A DNA stretch of 64,000 bases from NCBI GenBank assembly GCA_044226015.1, contig JBGAHS010000001.1:1024001-1088000 (forward strand), read 5' to 3'. The notes beneath the pieces are model-generated. The model had not been told where the DNA came from. It saw only the letters and a list, made by a program, of their open reading frames with translations, and searched no databases. The stretch's first letter is position 1, and the number at the start of each line of letters is the position of its first letter. Origin of the DNA: Candidatus Obscuribacteraceae bacterium (GTDB lineage: Bacteria; Cyanobacteriota; Vampirovibrionia; Obscuribacterales; Obscuribacteraceae). Positions 38,204-48,647 of this stretch are shown in pieces. Both the position numbers and the translations under genes were made by a program.

Positions 38204-39453
38204 TGTTTCGTAGTTTTCGCTGGCAAATCGCTCTCTGGTTTGTCGGACTTTCTTCGGTTGTCTATCTAGCATTAACAATAGTTGGAGCCTTTTGTTTTTA
38301 CAGCAGTTTGTCCCGCTCAATGGATGAGGAACTCAGAGTGGTGGCATCACAAATAGGCCATGCGATTGATGTGAGCGGAAATCAACCAACTTTTCGTGAT
38401 TGGCTTCGTGTTGTTGAAACTGAACCTGCACGCTCTATGATGAGTATGCAGCTCTTTGATTCAAACGGTCGTATCTTAGAGCATTACGGACCGCCTGGTA
38501 TTCCGCGCTTACTTGAAGGATTAAGTGAGTATTCTGAAAATGAACAGACCGTCAGAATTCTGCAAAGCAAGCTAACTCACAAAGGACGCCTTGTGGGCTA
38601 TTTGCAGCTACAGCTTCCTACTGGAAAACGAAACGACCTTACGAAAGAGTTTTTCGAAACAATGGCGTTGATGGCACCTTTAGTACTGGTGGGTTTTGGT
38701 ATCTGCAGTTATATTGTTTCGGGAATTGCCTCGAAACCAATCGAGCGACTGGTTCTTACTCTACAGCGCTTTGTCGCTGACGCCGGTCATGAGCTAAATA
38801 CGCCCGCTAGCATAATCCAAGCCAGGTCTCAATCTCTGGAGCGAAAGCTCTCCAAAAGGGAGATAATTGTTGACGATTTGCCGATAATTACGGCTGCAAG
38901 TCAACGCATGGGGCAGATTGTTAGGAACCTCATGTTGTTGGCCGAGCTTGATTGCGGAAATCAGAACCCTGTAATTAGACAAGTGCAGTTGAACGAAATC
39001 GTAAGCCGTATAGTGCAAGTATTTCAGCCTCGCGCTCAGGAAAAATACATTGAACTTCAGGTGTTCTTAGAGGTGACTGTTGTCCTTGCCGAGCTTGATG
39101 CTCTGGAATGTATTTTGACTAACTTGTTGGAAAATGCCCTTAAATATACTGAGTCGGGCGGAGTCATAACGCTTCGCTGCGCTGAAGTAGGAGGCGAAGT
39201 CTGTATTTCGATCCAAGACACTGGCATTGGGATTTCCGAAGAAAGTTTGCCTTTAATTTTTGATCGCTTTTATAGGGTTGATAAGTCGCGCAGTCGCGCA
39301 TCGGGTGGAAGCGGGCTAGGACTGGCAATTGTGAAAACTGTAGCCGAGAGGCTATATGGAAGAGTTGAGGTTGAAAGTCAACCAGGAATAGGTTCCTGCT
39401 TCTTTGTCTACCTGCCGCAGCCAAAAGGCGTTACACAAAAATTGCACACATAG
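38203..39453 (+). CDS. Membrane sensor histidine kinase
   Basis: Two TM helices, DAGHELNTP, NLLENALKY, DTGIG, FDRFYR, GSGLGL. Confidence 0.95.
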   Translation: MFRSFRWQIALWFVGLSSVVYLALTIVGAFCFYSSLSRSMDEELRVVASQIGHAIDVSGNQPTFRDWLRVVETEPARSMMSMQLFDSNGRILEHYGPPGIPRLLEGLSEYSENEQTVRILQSKLTHKGRLVGYLQLQLPTGKRNDLTKEFFETMALMAPLVLVGFGICSYIVSGIASKPIERLVLTLQRFVADAGHELNTPASIIQARSQSLERKLSKREIIVDDLPIITAASQRMGQIVRNLMLLAELDCGNQNPVIRQVQLNEIVSRIVQVFQPRAQEKYIELQVFLEVTVVLAELDALECILTNLLENALKYTESGGVITLRCAEVGGEVCISIQDTGIGISEESLPLIFDRFYRVDKSRSRASGGSGLGLAIVKTVAERLYGRVEVESQPGIGSCFFVYLPQPKGVTQKLHT

Positions 39454-39474
39454 ATTTAATCTCTATTCTACACT
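39431..39474 (+). promoter_or_regulatory. Candidate OmpR-type direct-repeat box and -10 element for the efflux operon
   Basis: TTACAC-AAAAA-TTGCAC, 21-bp gap, TACACT; a similar box lies on the minus strand at 37420-37436. Confidence 0.5.
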
Positions 39475-39518
39475 GATCGGCACTATTTACTACTCTGCCA
39501 TGTGGAATAGGAGCGGCT

Positions 39519-41045
39519 TTGAAAACCATTGAAGTGCTTGTATCATTGCGGTTTTCTGGTGCTTTCTTTCCACGAGTGAGACGAAAATTCAAGCTGCGAA
39601 AGCTTTTCACTTTTCTGTCCATTGTGATGGTCCATTTTATTTCCTTTGCTGCTTCAGCACAGGAAAAACCGATAGAACTGCGTCCATTGGTTCCTTTCAA
39701 ACGTGCTCCGATTACTTTAGTTGGTGCAGTTGCCTTAGCTGAAAGAAATTACCCCAGGCTTCTCCAAGCGCAAGCCGAAGTTAGAGCTGCACAGCGACAA
39801 GTCACCGTTCAGAAAATTAAAGAATACAATCCGGACTCTATGCTCTCTTATCAAGACGTTGCCGGCTCGCACAATCGCCTTACACAAACACTTTTTTCCA
39901 GTCCTGTAATGCCGGCCACCCCTGGACCAGGACCCGAACAGGTGGAAATGCGCGGGCGTGCCTATAGTGGCGCTGGATTTATTGTTGACTGGGCTCCGCT
40001 CGATTTTGGCTTGCACAAAGCCCGAATAAATTTAGCCAGGGCAGAGTATGGGCTCACAAAGGCACGGTATGACTCTACCCTGCTTGATGTAAGCGTAGAG
40101 GCAGCAACTCGATATCTGGATGCGCTCGTTATGCAAGAGCAGGTCAAAGTTGCCCAGGCGAACGTTGATCGATTCGCCGACTTTAGCAAGGTTGTTCATG
40201 CTCAGGTAGATGCCGGTCTTAAAGCAGGTGCGGACGCATCTTTAGCTGATTCTCAGCTTGCAAACGCACAAAACGATTTGATTCGAGCCGAGTTGAACGA
40301 TGAACTATCTAAGGCCGCTTTGGCTTATATCGTAGGACTTGGCGGTGAGTTTTTGGAGATTGATTCTACTGGCATAGTTTTGGTAACAGAGCCTGCAGAT
40401 ACCCAAAAAACTCCACCGGTTTTCCAGCATCATCCGCTGGCGCTGGAAGGAAGAGCCGCTATCTATACGCATCTTGCTTCCAAGCGCATTCTCGACAAGG
40501 AGTACTATCCAGTTTTTCGTTGGCTTGGAGGAATCAATCTGCGAGGCACCACTTTCGGTAACAATCGAGGAGATGTCCCGAGCCCTGCTGTTAGCGGCAT
40601 TTTTCCGGTCGTGCCCAACTGGAATGTTGGACTAATGATTGACCTCCCGTTTTTCGACATCATTCGTATTCGCGCTGAGAAAAAAGTTGTTGATGAACGC
40701 ATATTGGCGGCAGAGCATGCATATGACCTTATCATTCAAGGCTTGAAAACAGAGGACGCTCAAGCTGTGGCAAGATTGCGTGCTTCGATCAAGCTCGCTG
40801 CGAATATGCCTGTTCAGGTGAAAGCTGCTCAGATGGCAGCACAACAAGCGCAGGCGCGCTACGAAGCTGGTTTGGCGACTGTTGCGCAGGTTGCAGAGTC
40901 CAATCAAATACTTGCCGATTCTCGTGTAAAGCTGGCAGTCTCTAATGTCGGTGTCTGGAAAGCTTTATTGGCGGTGGCATCAGTTCATGGAAATCTACGA
41001 AACTTCCTGCTTGAGGCTCAACGAGTAAACGGGGGGGCGCACTAA
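39519..41045 (+). CDS. TolC-family outer membrane efflux protein
   Basis: Signal region, ALAERNYP, ARYEAGLAT, helical repeats; operon with RND pump. Confidence 0.9.
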   Translation: MKTIEVLVSLRFSGAFFPRVRRKFKLRKLFTFLSIVMVHFISFAASAQEKPIELRPLVPFKRAPITLVGAVALAERNYPRLLQAQAEVRAAQRQVTVQKIKEYNPDSMLSYQDVAGSHNRLTQTLFSSPVMPATPGPGPEQVEMRGRAYSGAGFIVDWAPLDFGLHKARINLARAEYGLTKARYDSTLLDVSVEAATRYLDALVMQEQVKVAQANVDRFADFSKVVHAQVDAGLKAGADASLADSQLANAQNDLIRAELNDELSKAALAYIVGLGGEFLEIDSTGIVLVTEPADTQKTPPVFQHHPLALEGRAAIYTHLASKRILDKEYYPVFRWLGGINLRGTTFGNNRGDVPSPAVSGIFPVVPNWNVGLMIDLPFFDIIRIRAEKKVVDERILAAEHAYDLIIQGLKTEDAQAVARLRASIKLAANMPVQVKAAQMAAQQAQARYEAGLATVAQVAESNQILADSRVKLAVSNVGVWKALLAVASVHGNLRNFLLEAQRVNGGAH

Positions 41046-44000
41046 TGTGGTTGATTCGCCTTGCCATGAATCGTCCGGTAACCATGATGGTCGCAATTGT
41101 CACAATTCTCCTTGCGGCAGTTTTATCGATCGCGCGCATGAAAGTCGATATTTTTCCCAATTTGAATCTTCCGATCATATATGTCGTTCAACCTTATGGC
41201 GGAATGGATCCAGCTCAAATGGAGGCATTTTTAGTTTCGCACTATGAGAATCACTTTCTTTACATAACTGGAGTCGACCACATCGAATCAAAGTCAATCC
41301 AAAACGTCTCAGTAATGAAAGTGGTGTTTCAGCCTGATGCGGATATGGCAGAAGCTATGTCACAGGTGGTTGCGCAGGTACAGCGCTCAAGAGCCAAGAT
41401 GCCACCGGGAACGGTGACACCATTTATTTTGCGATTTGATGCCGGAAATGTTCCAATTGGATACCTGGTTCTTTCCAGTGAAACAAGCGATATTGCAGAG
41501 ATTGAAGACCTGGCCGATGAACGCATTCGTCCCATCGTTTCGACTATTCCTGGTGCTACCACGCCGCATCCTTTTGGCGGAAATGTTAGAACAATAGTAG
41601 TTACAGTGAATCCAGATCGATTGCGCTCATATCACCTTTCTACTGACGATATTGTTAATGCCGTTACGACAGGGAATATGATCGCTCCATCTGGACTGGT
41701 GCGCACGGGCGGGTTACAGCGGATAGCAAATATCAATTCTACTGTAAGCGGAATAAAAGAGCTTTCCGATTTGCCGCTCAAAACTGGAGAGGGAGTGACA
41801 GTCTGGCTTCATGATGTGGCGTCAGTTGAAGATTCCATGGATATACCCACGGGCTGGGCGCTTGTTAATGGGCGGCGAACAGTATTTATCGCTGTGTCGA
41901 AACTTGCCGACGCTTCGACCGTAGAAGTAGTGAAACGTGTAAAAGATGCTTTGCCGAAAATGCAGGCACAGCTTCCCGATGACATCCATATTGATTTCGA
42001 TTTCGATCAGTCAATCTATGTTACTGAAGCGGTGACTGGAGTGCTTTCCGAGAGTGTTCTTGGCGCCTTTCTGACTGGTCTTATGGTCTTGCTTTTTCTG
42101 CAGGATTTTAAAAGTGCTGTCATTGTTGTTGTCACAATTCCAGTAGCCCTTTTGACTGCTGCTGTCGGACTATGGCTAAGTGGTCAAACCGTAAACATAA
42201 TGACTTTGAGTGGTCTATCACTGGCGGTAGGAGTGCTTGTTGATGAAGCAACGGTTGCGATTGAAAACATCCATACTCACCTGGGAAGGGGGGCACCGCT
42301 TTTTCAAGGGATATTCAATGCCTGCTGCGAGGTTGTTACTCCACAGCTGCTAGCGATGCTTTCTGTTGTCTTTGTATTTCTCCCCTCTTTCCTGATGATT
42401 GGTACTACAAAAGCTCTGTTCGTTCCGTTGTCACTGTCAGTTGGATTCGCCATGGTGGCATCGTATGTTTTATCAAACACTTTGGTACCGGTGCTCGCGG
42501 GATGGATGCTGGGTACGCAAAAGAAATCTGAGCACCATAAGGGAGAAACTAAGAATGGTTTGATGGAACGCATCAAAAACTTTTATGCATCTATTCTTAC
42601 AATCTTGCTTAAGTTCCGGCTGCTGGTGCTCGCTGGATATACATTGATAGTGGTGATGATCTTAGCCGGTACCGTGCCTTTTTTGAAAACAGAAATTTTT
42701 CCCACAGGAAATCCCAGAAGCTTTCAAATGCGACTGAAGGCTGAGCCTGGTACGCGAATTGAACTAACCGAAGAATACACGCGAAAAGTTCTCGAATTGA
42801 TCAATAAAGAAGCTGGTTCTGGAAATGTTGAGGTTTCTATTTGTTATGTTGGCACGCAGCCTCCAAATTTTGGTGTAAGCAATGTCTACATCTGGACAAG
42901 TGGACCACAAGAGGCGGTCTTGTTGGTCGCACTGAATCACAAAGCCAAAATCCAGATGGACGAATTTAAGGAGAGGCTACGTGCAAAACTTAAAGAGGTA
43001 CTGCCTTCTGTTAGTTTTACCTTCGAAGCTGGCGACATAGTTACTCAGATAATGAACTTAGGTGCGCCTACTGCTATACAGGTCGATGTTAGCGGATCTA
43101 ACTTGAGCAAAGATTTTGCCTTTTCGCAAAAGCTGCTTGTTCAGCTAAAAAAGCTTCCCAATCTGCGTGACGTAAGCATTGTTCAGCCCCTGGAGTATCC
43201 GACCGTCAATATTCAGGTTGACCGAGCCAGAGCTGCCCAGATGGGAGTTACAACGGCCGACATCAGCAGAGCTCTTGTACCAGCAATTTATTCCAGTCGA
43301 TTTATAAAGCAAATCTGGTGGCGAGTGCCAGGAAAAGGGCTTTCCTATCAAGTTCAAGTGCAGTACCCATTGCAGAACATGGAATCACTTCAGGATGTAG
43401 AATCAGTTCCTGTCCACGCAGAGGGCGCATCGCCTTTTGTGCGAGATGTCGCTAAAGTAAACTACGGAACGATGATAGGTGAGTATGATCGATACAACTT
43501 ACAGCGCATGCTCAGTATTACCGCTAATGTTTCGGGGGGCGATTTAGGCCGAGCCGCAAGAGATGTCCGCCGGGCAATTGCCAGTCTGGGTGCGCCTCCG
43601 AAAGGTCTGTCTGTAGCTGTCCGCGGACAGGTGCCAACTATGGATAGTACTTTCGCTGGGCTCGCTAGCGGACTGTTATTGGCAGTGGGAGCTATATTTC
43701 TAATGCTTGTGGGCTATTTTCAGCGCATGCGTTTGGCACTTGCGGTACTGTCTGTGATACCAGCGATTCTCTCGGGGGTAGCCTCAATTATTCAAATGAC
43801 TGGCATAAGTCTCAATGTTCAGTCGTTTATGGGAGCAATCATGGCAATTGGAATTGGTGTTGCTAACGCGATTCTAATCATTTCCTTTTCCGAGACAAGG
43901 CGTATTGCCGGCGAATCAGCCGAGCTGGCTGCCAGAGAAGGCGCTGTAAGCCGTTTGAGACCTGTGCTAATGACGAGTATAGCAATGATAGCAGGCATGA

Positions 44001-44209
44001 TTCCAATGGCGCTCGGCTTAGCTGAAGGTGGAGACCGCACAGCTCCGCTTGGAATTGCTGTAATTGGTGGTCTTCTCTTTTCCACTTTTGTTGTCTTGTT
44101 CGTTTTGCCGATGGCTTACGCAACTCTGCAGAAGAAGGCCTCCACTGTATCGCCTGCGATGATAGCTGCTGACGCTATCGTCACTTCAGATTTTCCGATT
44201 GAAACTTAG
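41045..44209 (+). CDS. RND efflux permease (AcrB/CusA superfamily)
   Basis: DIFPNLNLP, VGVLVDEATVAIENI, GIGVANAIL, RLRPVLMT, APLGIAVIGGL. Confidence 0.95.
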   Translation: MWLIRLAMNRPVTMMVAIVTILLAAVLSIARMKVDIFPNLNLPIIYVVQPYGGMDPAQMEAFLVSHYENHFLYITGVDHIESKSIQNVSVMKVVFQPDADMAEAMSQVVAQVQRSRAKMPPGTVTPFILRFDAGNVPIGYLVLSSETSDIAEIEDLADERIRPIVSTIPGATTPHPFGGNVRTIVVTVNPDRLRSYHLSTDDIVNAVTTGNMIAPSGLVRTGGLQRIANINSTVSGIKELSDLPLKTGEGVTVWLHDVASVEDSMDIPTGWALVNGRRTVFIAVSKLADASTVEVVKRVKDALPKMQAQLPDDIHIDFDFDQSIYVTEAVTGVLSESVLGAFLTGLMVLLFLQDFKSAVIVVVTIPVALLTAAVGLWLSGQTVNIMTLSGLSLAVGVLVDEATVAIENIHTHLGRGAPLFQGIFNACCEVVTPQLLAMLSVVFVFLPSFLMIGTTKALFVPLSLSVGFAMVASYVLSNTLVPVLAGWMLGTQKKSEHHKGETKNGLMERIKNFYASILTILLKFRLLVLAGYTLIVVMILAGTVPFLKTEIFPTGNPRSFQMRLKAEPGTRIELTEEYTRKVLELINKEAGSGNVEVSICYVGTQPPNFGVSNVYIWTSGPQEAVLLVALNHKAKIQMDEFKERLRAKLKEVLPSVSFTFEAGDIVTQIMNLGAPTAIQVDVSGSNLSKDFAFSQKLLVQLKKLPNLRDVSIVQPLEYPTVNIQVDRARAAQMGVTTADISRALVPAIYSSRFIKQIWWRVPGKGLSYQVQVQYPLQNMESLQDVESVPVHAEGASPFVRDVAKVNYGTMIGEYDRYNLQRMLSITANVSGGDLGRAARDVRRAIASLGAPPKGLSVAVRGQVPTMDSTFAGLASGLLLAVGAIFLMLVGYFQRMRLALAVLSVIPAILSGVASIIQMTGISLNVQSFMGAIMAIGIGVANAILIISFSETRRIAGESAELAAREGAVSRLRPVLMTSIAMIAGMIPMALGLAEGGDRTAPLGIAVIGGLLFSTFVVLFVLPMAYATLQKKASTVSPAMIAADAIVTSDFPIET

Positions 44210-44222
44210 GAGCAAGATTTCA

Positions 44223-45488
44223 ATGAAGTCAATTTTGAGGACGATTATTTTGAGCATGCTAGCTAGCCCGTTGCTTGCAGGATGCCAGTCTGCGCCACCT
44301 GATATCGAAGTCGGAAAACATAAAACGAGCGATGGTCTAAGTGTTGCAAGTGTAGCGGTTCAGTCGAAAAATCTTCAGAAACAGATTCGTATTCCGGCAG
44401 AACTGATTCCCTATAGAGATGTTTCTATTTACTCAAAAGTGCAGGGTTTCGTAAAACGAATAACCGTCGATAGGGGGTCCGCTGTATCGAAAGGGCAGTT
44501 GCTTATCGAGCTGGATGCCCCTGAGCTTATTGCGCAATACTTGGAAGCAGAAGAGAGGGTGGAAGCTGTAAAATCGGCATCGTTAGAAATGCAATCAAAA
44601 ATACAAAGGTCTGAAGCTGACCAAAAAGAAGCTGAAGCAAGGCTTGCCAGTGAAGAAGCTGTTCAGAAGCGAATATTGCACGCAGCTAAGACACCAGGAG
44701 CCATAGCAGAAACTGATATTGATGAAGCTCAACAAAAGGTGGCCGCTGGAATTGCCAGGGTTCAGGCTCTTGCTCAGTCAGTTGAAGTTGCACGATCCCA
44801 ATTTAAGACAGAGCAAGCAAAGGTAAAAGTTGCACAACAAGCCCTTTCGTCTGCTAAACAAATGAAAGAGTATTTGATTATCAGTGCTCCGTTTGACGGA
44901 GTCATAACTGAGCGCAATGTGCATGAAGGTTCGCTTGTCAGTTCTTCGTCCATGTCAGTCAAGCCAATGTTGCGAATTCAGCAGACCTCGATGTTGCGTT
45001 TGTTAGTGCCGATTCCAGAATCTGCAGTGTCTGGGATGGCGTTAGGCGTCCCTGTTAGTTTCACTGTTCCTGCCTTTACCGGCAGGGTATTCAGGGCCAG
45101 CATAAGCAGAATTGGTCATGCATTAGATACTAAAACGAGAGCGATGATTGTTGAAGCCGATGTTAAAAATCCTGATGGAGAGCTTGAACCAGGCATGTAC
45201 CCTGAAGTTCAGTGGCAACTAGAGCGACCTTATGCGACTCTATTTGTTCCGACTTCGGCTGTGTCAAGCAATGCTGATCAAACCTTCGTAATCCGCATAA
45301 AAAATGGAGTCACACATCGGGTTCAGGTGAAAGTTGGACAGACCATGGGTGACCTCGTTGAAGTCGTTAGTGATGATCTCGGGTCTGGCGATGAGGTGGT
45401 TTTGAGAGCTAGCGATGAGTTAAAGGATGGAACCAGCATTGTGAGTCGTAAAACTCTCGGAGCTGCGCAATCAGAACACGAAGAGTAA
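44223..45488 (+). CDS. RND periplasmic adaptor (membrane fusion lipoprotein)
   Basis: Lipobox LAGC, VDRGSAVSKGQLL, ISAPFDGVI, LEPGMY; AGGAG SD before ATG 44223. Confidence 0.92.
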   Translation: MKSILRTIILSMLASPLLAGCQSAPPDIEVGKHKTSDGLSVASVAVQSKNLQKQIRIPAELIPYRDVSIYSKVQGFVKRITVDRGSAVSKGQLLIELDAPELIAQYLEAEERVEAVKSASLEMQSKIQRSEADQKEAEARLASEEAVQKRILHAAKTPGAIAETDIDEAQQKVAAGIARVQALAQSVEVARSQFKTEQAKVKVAQQALSSAKQMKEYLIISAPFDGVITERNVHEGSLVSSSSMSVKPMLRIQQTSMLRLLVPIPESAVSGMALGVPVSFTVPAFTGRVFRASISRIGHALDTKTRAMIVEADVKNPDGELEPGMYPEVQWQLERPYATLFVPTSAVSSNADQTFVIRIKNGVTHRVQVKVGQTMGDLVEVVSDDLGSGDEVVLRASDELKDGTSIVSRKTLGAAQSEHEE

Positions 45489-45856
45489 GTCATCGCTAGA
45501 GTGACCTTGTAGTTTTCTAGGGTCAAACATTTCAATACATGTCGGATACTTTACAAACTGGATAAACTTGAACTCAGCTTCCGATCATAGTTATGACACA
45601 CATTTTCTGCTGTAAAGAAGAGTCTTTTCTTTGACTACAAAGCTTTGCGACCGCTTGTCGGGCTTCAATCTTGAGCTCTGCTTGAGAAGCAGCCCGAGGA
45701 AGGTCCTCAGATGTAGCATTCCGTGACAGAGCGCTTATATTTCCGAATGGAGATGCTATCATAGGTCATCCTGCTATACCCATGAGAGTACGCAGGCTCT
45801 GGTTGACCAACAAGTCAGTGTGGTCGACGGATACGTTTCTCTGTGGAGCGCGCATA

Positions 45857-46066
45857 ATGCCTAAAATGAAAACGAACAAGGCAGCTGCACGCCGCTTCAA
45901 GATCACCGCTACCGGTAAGGTCTTGCACAAGCAGGCTGGCAGACGCCACTTGAACGAATGGAAATCCGCCGATGTTAAGCGCAATTTGCGCGGCTGGGCG
46001 GCTGTTTCGCCAGCAATGGAAAAAGCAGTGCTGGAAATGTTCCCATACAAAAAGTATCTTCGCTAA
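45857..46066 (+). CDS. rpmI: 50S ribosomal protein L35
   Basis: MPKMKTNKAAARRFKITATGK. Confidence 0.96.
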   Translation: MPKMKTNKAAARRFKITATGKVLHKQAGRRHLNEWKSADVKRNLRGWAAVSPAMEKAVLEMFPYKKYLR

Positions 46067-46219
46067 ACCAGCGGTTTTGATATCAGCTGCATTGGTGCAA
46101 GTCTAAGGGAATCTCCTCCCCGATGGCGATTAGCGGTGATGCTGTTGGTAGAAAGAGCGGTTGGGTCTGGGATCTGTGACCCGACGCTGATACGAAAAAG
46201 ATCAAAGAAGGAGAGAGCA

Positions 46220-46588
46220 ATGGCTCGTGTAAAACGTGGAAATGTTCTAAAGAACCGCCACCGCAAAATCCTGAAATTCGCAAAGGGTTTCCGTGGCTCG
46301 AAATCAACTCTGTTCATAGCCGCTAACCAGGCTGTAATTCAGTCATGGCGCAATGCGTATCGTGATCGTCGTAAAAGAAAACGCGACTTCCGCAGCTTGT
46401 GGATTACCCGCATCAATGCTGCTTGCAGAGCGAATGATATTACCTACAGCTCGTTCATGAATGGCCTTAAGAAAGCTGAAATCACCTTGAATCGCAAGGC
46501 ACTTTCTGAAATGGCAATCAATGACCCTGCGGCTTTCGAAAGCTTGTTGAAAGTAGCAAAAGACAAACTCGCTGTAGCCAGCAAGTAA
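46220..46588 (+). CDS. rplT: 50S ribosomal protein L20
   Basis: [30 protein letters not shown]. Confidence 0.98.
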   Translation: MARVKRGNVLKNRHRKILKFAKGFRGSKSTLFIAANQAVIQSWRNAYRDRRKRKRDFRSLWITRINAACRANDITYSSFMNGLKKAEITLNRKALSEMAINDPAAFESLLKVAKDKLAVASK

Positions 46589-46610
46589 GTCGTTGAGTTA
46601 GACCTTTATG

Positions 46611-46646
46611 AAAGGGGCGGTGCTGATGCTTCGCCCCTTTTAGTTT
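46611..46646 (+). terminator. Intrinsic terminator after rplT
   Basis: AAAGGGGCG...CGCCCCTTT followed by a T-rich tract. Confidence 0.75.
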
Positions 46647-46650
46647 CCAG

Positions 46651-47457
46651 ATGAAAATCAAATCGATAGTAAGCGATTCTAATAGCACACTCAAAACCAT
46701 TCGCGGTTTGCATAAGAGACAAACGCGAGAGAAGGAACGCCTGTTCCTCCTGGAGGGTGAGCACTGCTTGCTGGAGGCTGTAAGCAAAAGCCTCGAGCTA
46801 AGATTTATCGTTGCCAGCGAAAGTTATTTGAATGAGCATTTGGACTTGCTCAACTCGCTTGGGCTTGAGGAAATTTCAGTTGTCGAAGACAAGGCTTTTG
46901 CAGACCTTATTACGACTACTACAAGCTGCGGTGTCGTCTCCGTTGCGAAAATGCCATCAGCGAGATTCTCTGATGTAGAGCACTGGCAGCCGCGTGTTTT
47001 GGTTGTTGCAGATGGCATTCAAGACCCAGGCAATCTTGGCACCATTATTAGAACCGCTTATGCAGCCCAAGTTGGTGGATTGATCATTCTCAAAGGTTCA
47101 GTCGATCATTTCAACCCTAAGGTTGTGCGCGCCTCCGTCGGTGCCTTGTTTGATTTGCCAATCATTGCTGATATTGAAGCAGAGCAATTGATGGAACTGC
47201 TGAAGCAGTTGAAAATCAGGCTCTTGTTATGTGAGGCAAGTGGAAGCAGAGCTTATTTTGATGCCAATTTGTCTAACAATGTTGCCATTGTTCTAGGCAA
47301 CGAAGGACAGGGGGTAAATCCAATGCTGCAAGATGGCGCAGATGAAACCATTTCAATTCCCATGAATCCGAAGAGCGAATCGTTAAATGTTGCCATAAGT
47401 GGCGGTATCATTTTATTCGAATCGCTGCGACAACGTCTGGCAGTTTCCAGCAGGTAG
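46651..47457 (+). CDS. TrmH/SpoU-family RNA methyltransferase
   Basis: QDPGNLGTIIRTA, LGNEGQG, IPM...ESLNVA. Confidence 0.93.
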   Translation: MKIKSIVSDSNSTLKTIRGLHKRQTREKERLFLLEGEHCLLEAVSKSLELRFIVASESYLNEHLDLLNSLGLEEISVVEDKAFADLITTTTSCGVVSVAKMPSARFSDVEHWQPRVLVVADGIQDPGNLGTIIRTAYAAQVGGLIILKGSVDHFNPKVVRASVGALFDLPIIADIEAEQLMELLKQLKIRLLLCEASGSRAYFDANLSNNVAIVLGNEGQGVNPMLQDGADETISIPMNPKSESLNVAISGGIILFESLRQRLAVSSR

Positions 47458-47466
47458 CAAAATAAA

Positions 47467-48435
47467 ATGCAGGGTCCTGATACTGAAAAGACAGAAGGTG
47501 CTGGAGCAAATGAGCCAGCACCTTCAGCCATGTCTCCTGAATCACCGAGCACCTTTTCGAACGCAGCCGATTCTCTCACGCAAACTGTTGACGCAGAACC
47601 AGCAATTAGTTCGCCAATTGGAATTAGCGAAGAGGCTGATCTTTCGCAGCTTCCCGAAACTGTGCCAAGTAAGTTTCCTGACTCAGCTATCGAATCTGCA
47701 CCTCCTGAAGAGGAAGCCGAAGAAACGGAAGATGGACACGGGAAGATAATGTCTGTTGTCGATCATCTCGACGAGCTGCGAACCAGGCTGATTCGAACTC
47801 TCATTGTCTTCGGTATTGCGATGTCGATCTCATTCTTCTATGGAAGGGAAATCATCGGATTTCTTGAGTTGCCTGCAAAGGGAATGCACTTTCAGGCACT
47901 TTCTATCGAAGAACCTGTGCTTGTATATTTCAAAGTTTCATTTTACGCTGCTGTCATGATGGCAGCACCCTGGGTGCTCTGGGAAATTTCTGCATTCATA
48001 GCACCAGGGCTAAAACGCAGTGAGCGAAAGGTTCTTGCACCAATTGTGTTTGGTGGTCCTCTGCTATTTGTTGCAGGCGCATACTTTTGCTACTCATGCG
48101 CTCTTCCGCCTATGCTGAGTTTTTTCAATTCTTTTAGCGGACCTATCGCACCTGTTCAACAGCGTCTCGATTACTATATTTCGCTCGTTACCACGATGAT
48201 ATTCTACATGGGTTTGTGTTTCCAGCTGCCCATCGTGTTGTTTGCGCTGTCTCTTGCTGGTATCGTGCGCTCCAATCATCTAATCGCTTTCTGGCGATAT
48301 GCCTTCGTTGGTTGTTCTGTTGTTGCAGCTGTCATTACACCCGACCCAACGGTGATATCCATGCTCATCGTTATGGCTGCGCTTCTGGCTCTATATTTCA
48401 TGACGATTATTCTTTTGAAACTGTTTGGGCGTTAG
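47467..48435 (+). CDS. tatC: Twin-arginine translocase subunit TatC with acidic N-terminal extension
   Basis: DHLDELRTRL, FIAPGL..SE, FQLP, AVITPDP. Confidence 0.95.
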   Translation: MQGPDTEKTEGAGANEPAPSAMSPESPSTFSNAADSLTQTVDAEPAISSPIGISEEADLSQLPETVPSKFPDSAIESAPPEEEAEETEDGHGKIMSVVDHLDELRTRLIRTLIVFGIAMSISFFYGREIIGFLELPAKGMHFQALSIEEPVLVYFKVSFYAAVMMAAPWVLWEISAFIAPGLKRSERKVLAPIVFGGPLLFVAGAYFCYSCALPPMLSFFNSFSGPIAPVQQRLDYYISLVTTMIFYMGLCFQLPIVLFALSLAGIVRSNHLIAFWRYAFVGCSVVAAVITPDPTVISMLIVMAALLALYFMTIILLKLFGR

Positions 48436-48504
48436 AAACTCGCTTCTTATAATCGGAATGGCACAAACAAGTTGATATTTGTACGCGCAAGCGCTGCTGA
48501 TTTT

Positions 48505-48562
48505 CGCTCAAAGATTCACTACTCATTCGAGAAGAAGTCGCTGAGTAGTGAATCTTTGAGCG
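48505..48562. repeat. Perfect 21-bp inverted repeat with 16-nt spacer
   Basis: CGCTCAAAGATTCACTACTCA (48505-48525) / TGAGTAGTGAATCTTTGAGCG (48542-48562). Confidence 0.9.
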
Positions 48563-48647
48563 GGCTCATACATTCTGGTTGTGAACTACCGTACAATTTA
48601 AAGAGAAGCCAGAATATATGCTTCGAATACGATGGTGGATATGGGTG

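Noticed and set aside
45574..45762. 62-aa minus-strand ORF upstream of rpmI
   Set aside because: No convincing start, SD or recognisable motif
36596..45856. tRNA-Leu-anchored integrative element
   Set aside because: No integrase next to the tRNA, infC follows directly, and I saw no duplicated tRNA 3' end
46067..46219. L20 leader RNA between rpmI and rplT
   Set aside because: Some pairing is possible, but I could not match the known L20-binding structure by eye
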